Made by a program: the position numbers and the translations under genes. 64,000 nucleotides of DNA from Diplonema japonicum (taxonomy: Eukaryota; Protista; Euglenozoa: Diplonemea), in NCBI GenBank assembly GCA_964019335.1, contig OZ025719.1, positions 124,001-188,000 of the forward strand, in the 5' to 3' direction. A model generated the notes under the pieces. That model was not told where the DNA came from and did not search any database. It saw only the letters and a program-made list of their open reading frames with translations. The first letter of the stretch is position 1. Every line of letters begins with the position of its first letter. Positions 11,411 to 23,171 of the stretch are shown one piece after another.

Positions 11411-11531
11411 GTGACTATATGTCTCTGTTCGCACGAGCAAAAAAAAAAAAAAAAAAAAAAAAAGGTTTTTTTAAAAGCTGCAAGTAGCAGAAGAAAGTTT
11501 TTTTTGCTCGGCACAAGTTGCATATAGTTAT
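11411..11531. mobile_element. Short hairpin element, reverse copy of 3712-3802
   Basis: GACTATATGTC...TTGCATATAGTTA; reverse-complement match to 3712-3802. Confidence 0.5.
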
Positions 11532-11799
11532 TATCTGCCATCGGACCATTTTTGCCCACCAAGGGTAATTTTTCAAAGCTTCAAAAAAAAAAAAACTATT
11601 CTAGCGCAACGCCAGGGCAGGCTGAGCACTGAAACTGGGGTCTTTTCGACCTGCAATGCTTGCACCGCACGTTGCGCTACCTTTGGCAGAGGTGGTGAGG
11701 CGCAGGGACGATGCTCTGGCGGTGAAGTGGTTCGCGGTTGAAGGAACCGCCGTGTGTAAGCTCAAGCTGAGTAAGCTCAAGCTCAAGCTGACCCCGCAG

Positions 11800-12256
11800 C
11801 CAGGGAGTATGGTGATCAGGTGCTGAGGCTGGCTGGCTGCGCTGCGATGGGCGGAGGAGGGAACGTCCGTGTCGACTTCGAATGCTACACAAAGAAGACG
11901 TTGGGGGTCAACGTCAACACTACGATTGACATCGACAAGAAGGCGGTGAGGATCAAGCGGATCCTGGATACGCTGCAAGCGACATGGATGAGGGAGAAGA
12001 GGAGACGCGCTTTTCCGGCGCAGTCATGCAAGAACGTGAGATCACTACGATCCATTGGCCGCGACCACGTCGTTGGCTTTGATAGGAGGGCCCTGTTTGC
12101 ATCGGGGCTGACGGCGATCAAGCTGAAAGGACTGAGAGAAGAACGGAAGGATATAAACGACAGCTAGGCACTACGGTGGGTAGCAGGGAACGACCCCAAA
12201 AGGTAAGCACGCCACCGGCGGGCCGTTGCTAACCACTTCGTTCCTATCATAGTGAA
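11800..12256 (+). mobile_element. Degenerate non-LTR retrotransposon 3' region (family D)
   Basis: Frameshifted WLAALRW..DFE..KKAVRIKRILDTLQATW..AFPAQS..RSLRSIG..GFDRRALFA, homologous to families A-C; ends with the ~40-bp tip; the 5' boundary is approximate. Confidence 0.65.
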
Positions 12257-12632
12257 TCTTTTTGAAAGATAAATATTTGTAACCCCTACGTTTCTTTTTT
12301 TCCCAATGAATTACCTCGTTGGGGTATGACGACAAGAAGGCGGTGAGGATCAAGCGCATCCTAGATATTGCAGGCGACATAGTTGAGACACAGCAGGAGG
12401 CGCGCCTTACCGGCGCAGTCATGCTATCATAGGGAATTTCTTTTTCTATTTTCATTTTTTTTCTCTCCCCCTTTCCTCTAAATAACTATTGCAAAAAAAA
12501 TAAAAATAAAAAATAATAATAATAATAAATTAGGGTAGAGGCAGCTTGTCCGTTTATCCCTACTGTAGGTGAAAACGGCTTGCACAAACAAATTTCTTTT
12601 TTTTTTTTGAAGGGTTATGGTGGGTAGAGAAG

Positions 12633-13188
12633 AAACTATTTATTTAGTGAAAATAAGATCGCATGATTTTCACGTGGTGACAGTGGTTTAACGAGTGGGT
12701 ATATGACTTCACGAGCGAAGCGAGTGCAGTCATGAATGGTTACTTCACGAGCGAAGCGAGTTAAACCACAAGTGAAAATCAGATCTATTTTCACTAAATC
12801 CGTTGTTTTATTTAACGTCAGTCAGATTTGAAAGTGTGGGGTATTACAAGTTAGAAGTAGGGGGGCTTATGGTTGACGTTGATATTGATGTCAAGGCATG
12901 TCCTGCGTGGTGCGGGCTGTGCGTCCATGGGTGCTGACAGGACCTCGCTCTGCCAGCCTCCCAGCGATCAGATCCTAGAGTGACGTATAAAGTAAGATTC
13001 CCAGATTCGAACCGGGGCCTATGTGGTAACCACCTGGGTGATTTCTTTTTCATATTTGGGCTAGCGTCATATAAAGTACTTTATATTCATATATAAAGTA
13101 ATTTTCATATTCCTGCACCTGGTTTTCTCCTAGAACAAGCCTGAAATCTAGCAAATTTCCCGCAGTTGAAGATCTGACTGGAGTTATA
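12633..13188 (-). mobile_element. Non-autonomous Crypton-like element
   Basis: AACTATTTATTTAGTGAAAATAAGATCG end, two CGAGCGAAGCGAG motifs in a foldback, other end ATCTGACTGGAGTTA; internally deleted version of 19231-19995. Confidence 0.55.
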
Positions 13189-13499
13189 AAAAAAAAAAAA
13201 AGAAAGAACATATTCCGAGGGTGGTTTAGGAAAAAGAAAACTTTTTCTTTTTCTTTTTATTTTTCTTTTTTCTTTTCCCCCCCTCCATCTCTTCCTCTCA
13301 AGTTTGATAGCCCTCCCTCCCCCCCAACTTCTTGAACTTCTTTTCACCTTTTTTTCCCCGTGGTTCCCAGTGAACATGAAAGAAATGAAAGTAAATAAAA
13401 AAAGTCCCGTCCCTTGTTCACTCCGCCGTGCACCCCGATATCCTCCTCCCTTTAGTTTCTTCCCCCTAGTTTCGCACGGGTGGGTCCATTGTTATTTGC

Positions 13500-13544
<45 letters not shown>

Positions 13545-13942
13545 CCCTTCGAGTTTCACATGAAACCTTTAAGATCATACAAGAGAAAAACCTAGATTTC
13601 CTATTGGTATCCTTTTTTCTCCCCCCCCCCCACACCCAGTATCAAAAGCCCCCTTTTTCGTGATACAAACGCAAAAACTAGTTTGGCGCTCCATTTGTTA
13701 AAACTGTTTTTTTCTTCTTCTTCTTTTTTCCCCTTTCTTCCTCTTCTTGCCGTTCGTGCCTGTTGGCTAACGGCAGCCCTAATTCATATAACATTTTGCA
13801 CGAACACGTCTTTGACATGTCTCACAACAAAAAGGGGGACGACAGCACCAAACGTGCTGAGAACTTCTCCCGGGTTCTCCGGCTCGCACAAACTACGAAC
13901 CTTCCCCCCCTTTTTTTTCTTTGCATCTTTTTATACAATTAA

Positions 13943-15152
13943 CCCTTAAGGACCGGAGCTGAATAATCAGTCTAAAAAGAAATTTTAAAATTCTGCTAAG
14001 GCATTTTTAGTGCTCTGCATGCCCACTCTTTAAAGAGGGGCCTTATTGCGCGAATTTTTTTTTTACTGAACGCTATATCGCCCGTAAACTTTTGCATCCA
14101 AACTGCAAGGGGAGAAAAAAAAATAGTGGCACAGACAGTTTGTTTTTTTTACACCCCATTATGAGTCGTGCCGAAAGCACTTCTGAAGAAGGGTCAATGC
14201 CACCGGATGATGGGGATATCCCGGGAGGAAAATATTTCGCAAGGTGCCAGGTCCAAGTGTACCAGTAGTGGGTCTCAACGGGCTGGAGGTTTTTCCTTTG
14301 TTTTTGATAGGGCGGCCCTCCAGCAGGGGGCTTGTCCTGTAGGGTGGGCAGCAAGCCATTCGAGTGGTATAGAGGCCTTTGGATACTTAAAGGGCTCATA
14401 ATCAAGACAGATATCAAGGTATACTGGGCACAGGATGAACTCACAGATACCCCATATTCACAAAATTTCAGAACGGTAATGGAAAGAAACAGGCTCCTGA
14501 AAATAATGCGCCAAATGCGGTTTGGGTTGCCCCCTGGTGGAGGAGAAGGAGACAGAATGGCTAAAGGGCGCAATCTTATAAATCTTGTGGTTCCTTCTTG
14601 GTCATCCCTGTATACACCCAAGCGAAACCTTGCTGTGGATGAACCATCATACGCTGTAGAAGCCGTGTCGGGTTCATTGTTTGTGAGCCGAAGAAGAGGA
14701 AGCGTTATGGGTTCAAAATGCGATTCAGACACCGGTTACACTCTAAACATGATTGTTTGTACCGGCACGGGCACCCGGGGGAAAGAGGCAGAGCTGCTCA
14801 CACGAATATCAGCACCAGAGTTACTGGATTGTGACAAAGAACGGCCATAAGTGGTGGAAAAAAAATACCAGCCCACCCTGCACGCTGAATAAGCGCTGCT
14901 TGCCGAAACCATGGAACCCCCGGATAGCATGTGCCCTTTGCAAGAGTTGTTTCTCTCGAATGCTGCTCTACCACCAAAGTCCAAAGTTAGGGCGCGTCTG
15001 GGGCTGAAATGCAGGCCGCTTCGCGCTCCAGAAATGGGGTAGTGGAAATAATATGGGTACACACCCTCTAACTCCACCCTCGCCATTTTATTTTGGTATC
15101 TGAACGAAAAGTTCAAAATCGACTTAGACGAAAAATAGCGGTCCTTTATGGG
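13943..15152 (+). mobile_element. Defective piggyBac transposon
   Basis: TTAA at 13939-13942 and 15153-15156; TIRs CCCTTAAGGACCG / CGGTCCTTTATGGG; remnant YWAQ..PY..FRTVMERNR..IMRQMRF..YTPKRNLAVDE..CDSDTGYTLN typical of piggyBac DDE transposases. Confidence 0.85.
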
Positions 15153-15282
15153 TTAAACCCCCCCCCCCCCCCCCCCCTACTATCTCTTACTAGTTTCATC
15201 TTTATATCCCCCCGTTCTGCTACTGAGGGTGGGGTAAATTCAAAAATTTCCATCAGACCACAAAAAAAAAAAAAAAAAAAAA

Positions 15283-15733
15283 ATGGTCACCGTCAGCGAA
15301 CTGCACAGCAACGACGTCCTGGAGCTACTTTCACTGTTCATGATGCGCGCCAGGCTGTATAAGAAGCCGGCCTACAACGGTAACAGCGGTAGGAAGAAGA
15401 AAACAAACATCTACACAATTTACGTTCAGATGGACGACGGACAACAAGCAGCGAAAAATCGCAAACCTTACAACACCGCTTTTCGACAGTGAGGAATATG
15501 AACTACTGGACGGCGCGCGTGCCTTTCTAAACACCCTGCAAACCTCCCCAAAGCCATATGTGTTTCTACAGAAAAGCGTATCTCCGGCACCTCGTTATAG
15601 TATCGATCCGCTTGTTTGTTATTCGGGGTACCGTGATTGCGATGGTGTCGGTACTGACATTCTGAAGCATATGTGGTTTGTGTACAGCGAAGGGAAGAAG
15701 CGACATAATCCTTATTTCGTCTGTCAGCATTAG
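15283..15733 (+). pseudogene. Tandem family member 4: N-terminally truncated, frameshifted copy ending RHNPYFVCQH
   Basis: ELHSNDV..TIYVQMDD, then one extra A in the A5 run at 15454-15458; the shifted frame reads IANLTTPLFDSEEYELLDG..FLNTLQTSPKPYVF...RHNPY to TAG 15731-15733. Confidence 0.75.
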
Positions 15734-15780
15734 AATTGAAAGATTGGAAAAAAAAGAAAAAAAAAAAAAAGAAAAAAAAA

Positions 15781-15970
15781 GTATTGATTTTGGTAAAAAT
15801 AAAGTGGACTTTATTTCCCGCGGGCCGTTTTTTTTTTCTGTCCCGCGGGGGTTTGATTTTTTTCCCTCGCTACGCTCGGGGGAAATTATGACCCCAAAGG
15901 GACAGAAAACGAGGCCAAGGGAAAAAGGGGTAAAGTCCACTTTAATAGCAGAATCTGTAATTTTATTTAA
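15781..15970. mobile_element. Foldback element centred on CTCGCTACGCTCG (Crypton-like)
   Basis: Arms AAAGTGGACTTTA / TAAAGTCCACTTT and CTGTCCC / GGGACAG; relative of 20016-20191. Confidence 0.55.
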
Positions 15971-16310
15971 ATCGTTTTTGCCCCCCCCCCCCTGACCTAG
16001 TGTTTTGTGGCTGGGGACGTTTTGCTATGTCTTCTGCTTTCCTAGCTGCGCTTTTTTTTCAGCTTCATATTACGACCCATGGGGGCGACAGCCTGGTGTG
16101 ATTACAAACCTGCAAGAAACATGAGGAAATGTAGTTACTTTACTTAGCTTTATTGATGTTTCTAGCCAAAACAAGGGAAAATATAAAATAAAGTCTACTT
16201 TTTTTAAAGAGTGTTTTAAAGATTATTTGTAACGACAAAAAGAAAAGAGAAAAAAAAAGAGAAACAAAAAAAAAAAAAAAAAAAAAAAGAAAGCCATACT
16301 TCTATCAGCC

Positions 16311-16385
16311 GAGGGTTAAGCTGCACACCGCACGCATAAGGACACTCTGTGCAGGGCACTGCCAACACCGGCCTCCTTTAACTCT
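16311..16385 (+). repeat. Deleted copy of the SINE-like repeat at 53321-53477
   Basis: GGGTT.AGCTG.ACACCGCA.GCAT..AGGACAC...TGTGCAGGGC.C.GCCAACACCGGCCTCCTTTAACTC is shared. Confidence 0.55.
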
Positions 16386-16637
16386 TACATATATATTTTG
16401 TTGCAAGAAAAAAAACAACAATACAAGTCGCATCGCACAATTTTATGAAACAGGAAACAAAACAAAACAAAAAAAAAGAAACAAAAAAAGCACCCTCGAA
16501 TAACTTGCCTTGAAATCTACTATTCCTCTCTTTTTTTGTTTCGCATAGGTGTATTCAAAATAGAGCCTTGTGCTTTTTCACGTATTTTGAGCAGCGGAAA
16601 AAAAAAAAAAAAAGGGAAGAAAAAAAAAAAAAGAAGA

Positions 16638-16900
16638 AATAACTATTTATTAAATGAAAGTAAGATTGCATTATTTCACGCGTGGTTGCAGGGGGTTAAA
16701 CGAGAGAGGATGGTTGTAATTTCGAGTTAAACCCGGCACCACATAACATTAATGTTGATGTCGATGGGTTGAGCGGGCTGACTAGCATCACCGAGTACTT
16801 CTAGGGAGTTTGACATAATGTAGCAGTGTATCACTCCTGGGCCTTATTTCTCTAAACCGGGAGTGAAAATAAAATTGAGCATGAAAACCCGGCACTCGAA
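16638..16900 (-). mobile_element. Degenerate Crypton-like element
   Basis: Begins AATAACTATTTATT..TGAAA.TAAGAT..ATTTCACGCGTGGT.GCA..GG.TTAA.CGAG, like 19231. Confidence 0.45.
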
Positions 16901-17131
16901 TAAATAAAAAAAGAAGAAATGAGGAACAGAATTCTCTTTTTTTTTTTGTACTTATAAAACCTCAGCTCTTGCTGGCACTTGTGCATCTTTTTTTTCTTCT
17001 TCCTCCTTTTCCTTCATTTCCACGTTTTACACAAAAAAGACCCATCTAGCTTTCTATCTTTTTTTTTTTTTCTTCTTCTTCTTCTTCGACGAAACAGAAA
17101 AAAAATCAAAAAGGACGGGGGGGGAAAAAAA

Positions 17132-17401
17132 ATGACCCGTGGTCTCAGCCTCACTACAGGCAGCAAGCGAGCAGCTCATGCACAAGGCAGGGAGGGTTTG
17201 TCCTTTACTGGTGCTGCAGATGTTACAGATCTGGAAATAGAGGACTTTGGCTGCACTGTTCATGACCGGCTTGATTCCGGGGAATTGGTGGTTTACCCCA
17301 AGGATGGCAATGTTTCCTTATGTGTACAAGGGAATGCACTGCGGTGGCTGCTGTGGGAAAGAAAGAAAATCCATGTCACTTTTAAAGTTGTTATTATGTG
17401 A
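17132..17401 (+). pseudogene. Probable divergent N-terminal fragment of the tandem family (first domain only)
   Basis: REGLSFTGAADVT..EDFGCTVH..ELVVYPKDG aligns by eye with KKGILLQGVAQDVS..RRGCVTH..DLVLYPREG of members 1 and 3. Confidence 0.4.
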
Positions 17402-17624
17402 ATTGTGTGGGTCTTCTTTTCTTTTTTTTTTTTTTTTTCTGAGTAGATAGTTCATATGCTGCGTTGCACACTTAACGCCACTTAGAGTCGCAATCAAAGT
17501 CCTATTTTCTTTTTTATTTTCTTTTTAAGTCTCTCGTATTGTTGAGACACAACGTTTATTTTCCAGTTTTTTTTTTTTTCTTCTTCTTTTTTTTTTGGTG
17601 CAACGGAAAGAAAACAAAAGATAA

Positions 17625-18001
17625 CTGTAAAACGAGAAAAAAAAACCCCCGAAAGAGAAAAATATCTGAGGGGGGGGGGTTTTTTTTTCCCGGGAGTTTT
17701 GTTGTCGACATTTTTCTCCCCCGGAATCTTTTTTTTTAGCTGGGGCTTTTGAAAAGCACACTATCTCCAAGAAGGAGTCAGTTGCATAACAGTTAAGGTC
17801 ATCAACCATCAGCAGGATGGGGTCCTTACAGAAAGCGTGGAAATACTTCCTTACCCTGCCCAGTTTGGAGAGATGTACCTCGGGACCGAACTGTTGTCCA
17901 GATGGGGGGGCTATATCAGCTTCGGAAAAAAAGGACACGCGTGACGTATTTTTCTCTTCCGGACATTTTTTTTTTCTTTTTTTTTTTTTTCGCTTTTACA
18001 G
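17625..18001 (-). mobile_element. Small pogo-like relic
   Basis: CTGTAAAACG ... CTTTTACAG|TA termini as in 6635-8158; minus-strand remnant DPILLMVDDLNCYATDSFLE resembles the DDE_1 second-Asp region. Confidence 0.55.
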
Positions 18002-18379
18002 TATTCCTAACTAGAAAGCTTTCTCTTTTTTACAGTATTATTCTTTTTAAATTAAGGGGTCAACGTACTTTTTTTTTTTTTTTTTTTTTGATCCTTGCTT
18101 TTTTTCAACAAGGCGACCCCAACTATTTAAGAATGGTACATCCTTGCATGGTCTAACGCTTCACTTCCTCTCTCTCTCTCTCTCTTTAGATCGGTTTTTT
18201 TTCTTTTTTTTTTTTTTTTTTTTTTTCCCCATTTTCAACAACAGTGCGTTGAAAGTGATGTAGGCTCTGCGGTGCAATTGCTTAAAATTCAAAAAAAAAA
18301 AAAAAAAAAAAAAAAAGAAGAAGAAGACAAAAGGGTTAATGAAAGCCGACATGAAATAAAAACCCGGCTTTGCACCGGT

Positions 18380-18421
<42 letters not shown>

Positions 18422-19230
18422 ATGAACAAGAAAAACAGTATATTGACAATGAATTGTTGGTGCTAAAAGAGTAGCATTGTTGGGCTTATCCTTCTACAGG
18501 TTAACTCCACTCTTTTTCTTCTTCTTCTTTTTCTTTTTTTGTTACTCTTTCTTCTTTCGTTTTTCACCACTGCACACTTACCAGTGCAGTGGTGAAAAAC
18601 GCATTTTCTCTGGCTACCCTCTTTCTTTCTCTCTCTTTTTGAATATACAGTTGCTGTGAGCAGTTATATTTGTTAAAAAAAAAAGAAAAAAAAGGGGGGG
18701 GAGGAATTTCTTCCACCCAGGACAAATAAATGTTCCCCCCGGAGTAGAGGACCACAACTTTTCCCTGTTGTGCACAAGCAAAGGATAACTATAACTAGCT
18801 TATTATTATTAATAAATTATTTTTCTCTTTGAATCCCTCCGCTGTCACCGCCCCTTACCTGTGCATGAGAAGAAGAAATAGCATGAGAAGCCCACATAAA
18901 AGAGAAAGGAAAAAAGTGGGGCAGTAAAAAATACATATATGTGGATCATGCCTGCCCCCCCCCCCCCCCCCTTTTTCCTTCAATTTTTCTTTCCCCCCCC
19001 TTTTTTTTCTTTTTTGTTGCCTCTATTGAAGTGCTCCTCGCAAGAGAAACACTTGATAGTTTGATCATGTGAAGTTCTATTATTCAAGGTTCGCTTCTGT
19101 CCTGGTACCTGTAGTCCTTTTGAGTATACTTGTTGATATGAACTTTGTACACCAAGATGCATCTTCCGCCACCTCTAGCCTGTCCAACGTCGCGCCCCCG
19201 CATGAGACTGCCTATCTTCTAAAAAAAAAA

Positions 19231-19995
19231 AATAACTATTTATTTAGTGAAAATAAGATCGTATGATTTTCACGCGTGGTGGCAATGGTTTAACGAGTGG
19301 GTATATGACTTCACGAGCGAAGCGAGTGCAGTCATGAATGTCTACTTCACGAGCGAAGCGAGTGAAGTAACATCAACGAGTTAAACATGCCACCACAAGT
19401 GAAAATCGGATCTATTTTCACTAAATCCGTTGTTTTATTTAACGTCAGTCAGATTTGAAAGGGTGGGGTATTACAGGTTACAAGTTACAAGTTAAAATTT
19501 TACTGGGGGTGCTTGTGGTTGATATTGATTGTCAAGGCATATCCTGTGTGGTGCGGGCTGTGCGTCCATGAGTGCTGACAGGACCTGTGAGGCTGCTGCC
19601 TGGGTTGCTGAGGTTGCCCCACTAGCAGCTGTCACCGCTGCTGGCTTGCCAAGCCCACCTCTCTCCCCTTCTGTTGAGAGAGGCGACCAGATCCTTGAGT
19701 GACGTAAAAAGTGAGATTCCCAGATTCGAACCGGGGTTTCCAAAACAAGAGGCCTGTGTGGTAACCACTTAGGTGATTTCTTTTCCGTGTTTGCGCCCCA
19801 ACCCCTTGCTGTGCAGTGAAAATAGGGCAAGCGTGAATATAAAGTACTTTATATTCACTCATAAAGTAATTTTCATTTCTGCCCCTGTTTTCTTTCTAAA
19901 ACAAGCCTGAAATCTGCAATGAAAATAAAGTGAAGCGTGAAATAATGTGAAATATTATATTCACTCCCACCCTTGAAAATCTGACTGGAGTTATA
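19231..19995 (-). mobile_element. Non-autonomous Crypton-like element (longest copy)
   Basis: AATAACTATT terminus, ~210-bp foldback with tandem CGAGCGAAGCGAG, other end ATCTGACTGGAGTTA; both ends are homologous to 30413-31257, which carries a tyrosine-recombinase-like remnant. Confidence 0.6.
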
Positions 19996-20015
19996 TAAAA
20001 AAAAAAAAAAAAAAA

Positions 20016-20191
20016 AATAACTATTGATTTACGAAAAATAAAGTGGACTTTATTTCCCGCGGCTGATAATCTGTCCCAAGGGGGTGATTTTCCCTCGCTT
20101 CGCTCGTGAAAATCAGATTCCGAGGGACAGATTATCAGCCAAGGGAAAGAGTAAAGTCCACTTTAATTCATGAATACGTAATTTAGTTATT
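20016..20191. mobile_element. Foldback element AATAACTA...TAGTTATT centred on CTCGCTTCGCTCG
   Basis: Nested inverted arms AAAGTGGACTTTA / TAAAGTCCACTTT and GGCTGATAATCTGTCCC / GGGACAGATTATCAGCC. Confidence 0.65.
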
Positions 20192-20506
20192 TTCTGGTTC
20201 CCGATGGCACTCCCAAGCCCCCCAAAGCCAGGAAGTCCAGGATTTGACATAACATGAAGACAGGGGGTTGCTTGCACTGCTCGTCCACGCCTTCTGCATG
20301 GCAGTCAACCTGGGCCAGTCTTGCAGTTTTGTCCTTCTGCTCCATGGTATCCTTTGTACAGGGCATCGAACTACCTTATCATGTCAGCCTCCCTGGGCTT
20401 TCTGGTGTGGATGCGGCTGAACGCATGGCCCCTGTTCTCGTCCACCCGAAACAGCTCCCTACTTAGAGGGGCTGCGAGTGATGTTCTTACCGCAGATGCC
20501 ATCCAT

Positions 20507-21396
20507 GGGATTTAGCATCCTTCGGGGGCTGAAAGGTTTTTGCTTGAGTCGATAGGTAAAACGGGCTTGGCGAGCTTATCCCAGCACAACAAATATGCAC
20601 CTATGCAGAAGGGCTGCTGCGCGCCAATCCAGCCCGAAAGACAAACCTGGCAGACTTTGGTGGAGCACTGTCCTTTTCCACTGACTAGGCTGACAAAACT
20701 TTGCAGCAAGAAAGACAAAAACCGCAAGCCACCTCCGGAAAGCCCGGAAACGAGAAGGACAACGAGAAGGCACGCTGTTTCACCATGGAATTCAGGTCCA
20801 TAATCGACACCCATAAAGTAAGGCCGGAATTGGTCTGGAATACAGGGTTAAAACTAAAACGAAAAGGGGTGCTAAGGTCGTAAAAGTCCGTGGCTTGGGG
20901 GACAAAACGGGCTATAACCGAACAGCTGGCTGTTTCCTTGGCTGGATGGGTTGCAACTTAAATACGAAGGCAAAGCGGAAACGCAACCAGCAGGGATTAT
21001 CCGTGCCCCGGTCAAGCACCTGCCCGTCGAATGGAGCCTAACGGCATCGCCCAATCATTGGGCTAATTATGATACTCGGTATCTGGGTTACGGAGCTGTT
21101 TCTTCCTGCTTCTTGCAACGCAGCTGTAAAGCATCTATTAAGAAAGGTAGTAGGCCACACGAAGGCTCGACAAGCTGATTGCCTCAGGGGCAGCAAGGGA
21201 GGACAAAGATGCAGAAAGGGAACCCTGGGGGTTTCTTCGCGCGGTTGCCGTTTGCAGCCCAGGCCAGTATAGTATGTAGGTAGTAGTGGACCAGGCCCCC
21301 TGACGGCCTTACCTAAAAAAAACTCCCGGACGGAAAAATTCCCGGACGCCAAAAAAACTCGGACATTTTTCCGTCCGGGAGTTTTTCGTTTTACAG
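20507..21396 (+). mobile_element. Partial second copy of the pogo-like element (right end intact)
   Basis: High identity to about 7204-8158 apart from one internal segment; ends CGTTTTACAG|TA. Confidence 0.75.
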
Positions 21397-21397
21397 T

Positions 21398-22072
21398 AAT
21401 AGCTATTTACTGCCAACAAGTAATGACTTTACCGTTACCTCGAGGTCGGTAAAGCATTACTTGGCGGTAGGTAAGTGGTTTTATTTCACGACACTCTGAA
21501 ATTACTTCACCACGAGGGGCACAAAGGGATGACAAGGGGTACAACAAGAGAGGGGTTACAAAGGTTACAAGTTGTTTTTCCTCCTTTTGTTGACTAAGAG
21601 CTGCCGCTGTCGCTGGCATTGCCACTGTCACCATCTCTAATCAGGCCTTCTCATACCTGGCGCGGCCGCTGGCTCCTTTTTTTCTGCTGCTTCGGTATTT
21701 TGAAGTCTTTTGGGGTGCTTGGGCAAGCTGACTAAGTTACCCTTACCCACAGAAGAGTTACCCCCAGAAACTGGGAACAAGGCCTAGCCAAAAGTGGGCA
21801 AATTGGGAGGAAAAAGTAGTCCAACTTGAACTGAGCCGAGGCTAAAGTTGGCCAATTGAGCTGAACCTGGGGGGAAATAGCAAACTGAGAGGAAAAAGTA
21901 GCCCCACTGGGAACCGAACCGAGGCAAAAATTGGCCTACCGAGGCATATTATTTAACGGAAACCCCCTGTTACTTCACGGAAAACAGGCCATTATTTCAC
22001 CGTGAAGTAATGAGATTTAGCGTGAAGTAATGGGCCCCCCAGTGCGTGAAGTAATTTCTGAAGAGTGAAATA
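21398..22072. mobile_element. Repeat element with AATAGCTATT terminus and TTACTTCAC/GTGAAGTAA inverted motifs
   Basis: A reverse, internally deleted copy lies at 45950-46258; the terminus resembles the Crypton-like families. Confidence 0.55.
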
Positions 22073-22173
22073 AAATAAATAAAAAATCTTTTTTAAAAAA
22101 AAAAGTTCAATTTTCCCCTTTCTTTTTATTTTATTTTTTTTCCCTACTCCAAAAAAAAAAAAAAAAAAAAAAA

Positions 22174-22953
22174 ATGCCTTCATTCGTCATGTCGCAGCAG
22201 CAGCAGCATCAGCAGGGCCTGCTTCTGAGGGGTTGCTCTGCCAATGTCTCTGTGAAGTACGTTTCGGACCTGATTCTCGGTTGCCTGACCCCGTTCCAGC
22301 TGCACATGGTGTCGAACACTGTGCGGAACAGGAAGGACATGGTGTACAGATTCAAGTCTTGTGGCGGGGTGAGCATTGAGTGCGCTCGTGAAATTCTGAG
22401 GTCCAGGTTGGGAGATCAGGTGGTGGAGGTTAAGGTAATCCGTCTTAATGAGCAAGAGAAGAAGGAGACAAGGGTACCGATGGTTCAGGTCCACTGCACG
22501 CACGATACGAAATGGACATCGAAGGACACCAAGAAGATTGTGGAACTGTTCGAGCTCTACAGCGGGCACACGGTGGGGCAAAAGGACTTCCAGTTGGGCA
22601 AGAAGAAGAAGAAGGCAGGGCCCACGCACATTCGTACCATCTACATCAGGATGGACAGCTCCGATACTGCCGTTGACGTGGCCAACCCCTACAACCCGTG
22701 CATGGATGCGGTTGCCCACACGTTAGCGTCTGGTGAGACCGTTTACCTGTCGACTGTGCAGACCTCTCCTAAACCGGATGTTTTTATCCACGAGAACAAC
22801 GCTTCTGCCACCCCGCAGATTGAGGCTGTCTCCGAACAGGTTGAAGCTGTTTCCGAACAGGTTGAAGCTGTTTCCGAACAGGTTGCGCAGAGCGTGCCCA
22901 ACACATGGAGGTGGAACCCCTACTCTGTGTACGCCTATGAGTACTTGTATTGA
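22174..22953 (+). CDS. Tandem family member 5: double RRM-like protein, (EAVSEQV)x3 and WRWNPY tail
   Basis: GLLLRGC..QLHMVS..RKDMVY..TRVPMVQV..TIYIRM..VAN..MD..YLSTVQTSPKPDVFIH; WNPY at 22912-22923. Confidence 0.8.
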   Translation: MPSFVMSQQQQHQQGLLLRGCSANVSVKYVSDLILGCLTPFQLHMVSNTVRNRKDMVYRFKSCGGVSIECAREILRSRLGDQVVEVKVIRLNEQEKKETRVPMVQVHCTHDTKWTSKDTKKIVELFELYSGHTVGQKDFQLGKKKKKAGPTHIRTIYIRMDSSDTAVDVANPYNPCMDAVAHTLASGETVYLSTVQTSPKPDVFIHENNASATPQIEAVSEQVEAVSEQVEAVSEQVAQSVPNTWRWNPYSVYAYEYLY

Positions 22954-23171
22954 AGGTTTAAGAAAACTATGGTAAGAAAAAACGCACTTTTTTTTGAATC
23001 TCTAACCTTTTTTTTCAAGGAAAATTCGTTTTTATTATAAGGGAGGGAGGAAGAGTAGAGAACCTAGCTTTCCCTCACCTGAAGAAAAGCAGCTCTGTTC
23101 ATATTTCCCCCCCCCCTGTGAAAAGAAAATTTAAAAAAATTTAAAAAAAAAAATAAGCAAAGGAAAAAAAA

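Noticed and set aside
20016-20191. Foldback as a miRNA or other structured ncRNA gene
   Set aside because: Its termini and core are shared with dispersed mobile-like repeats, so a transposon origin is simpler.
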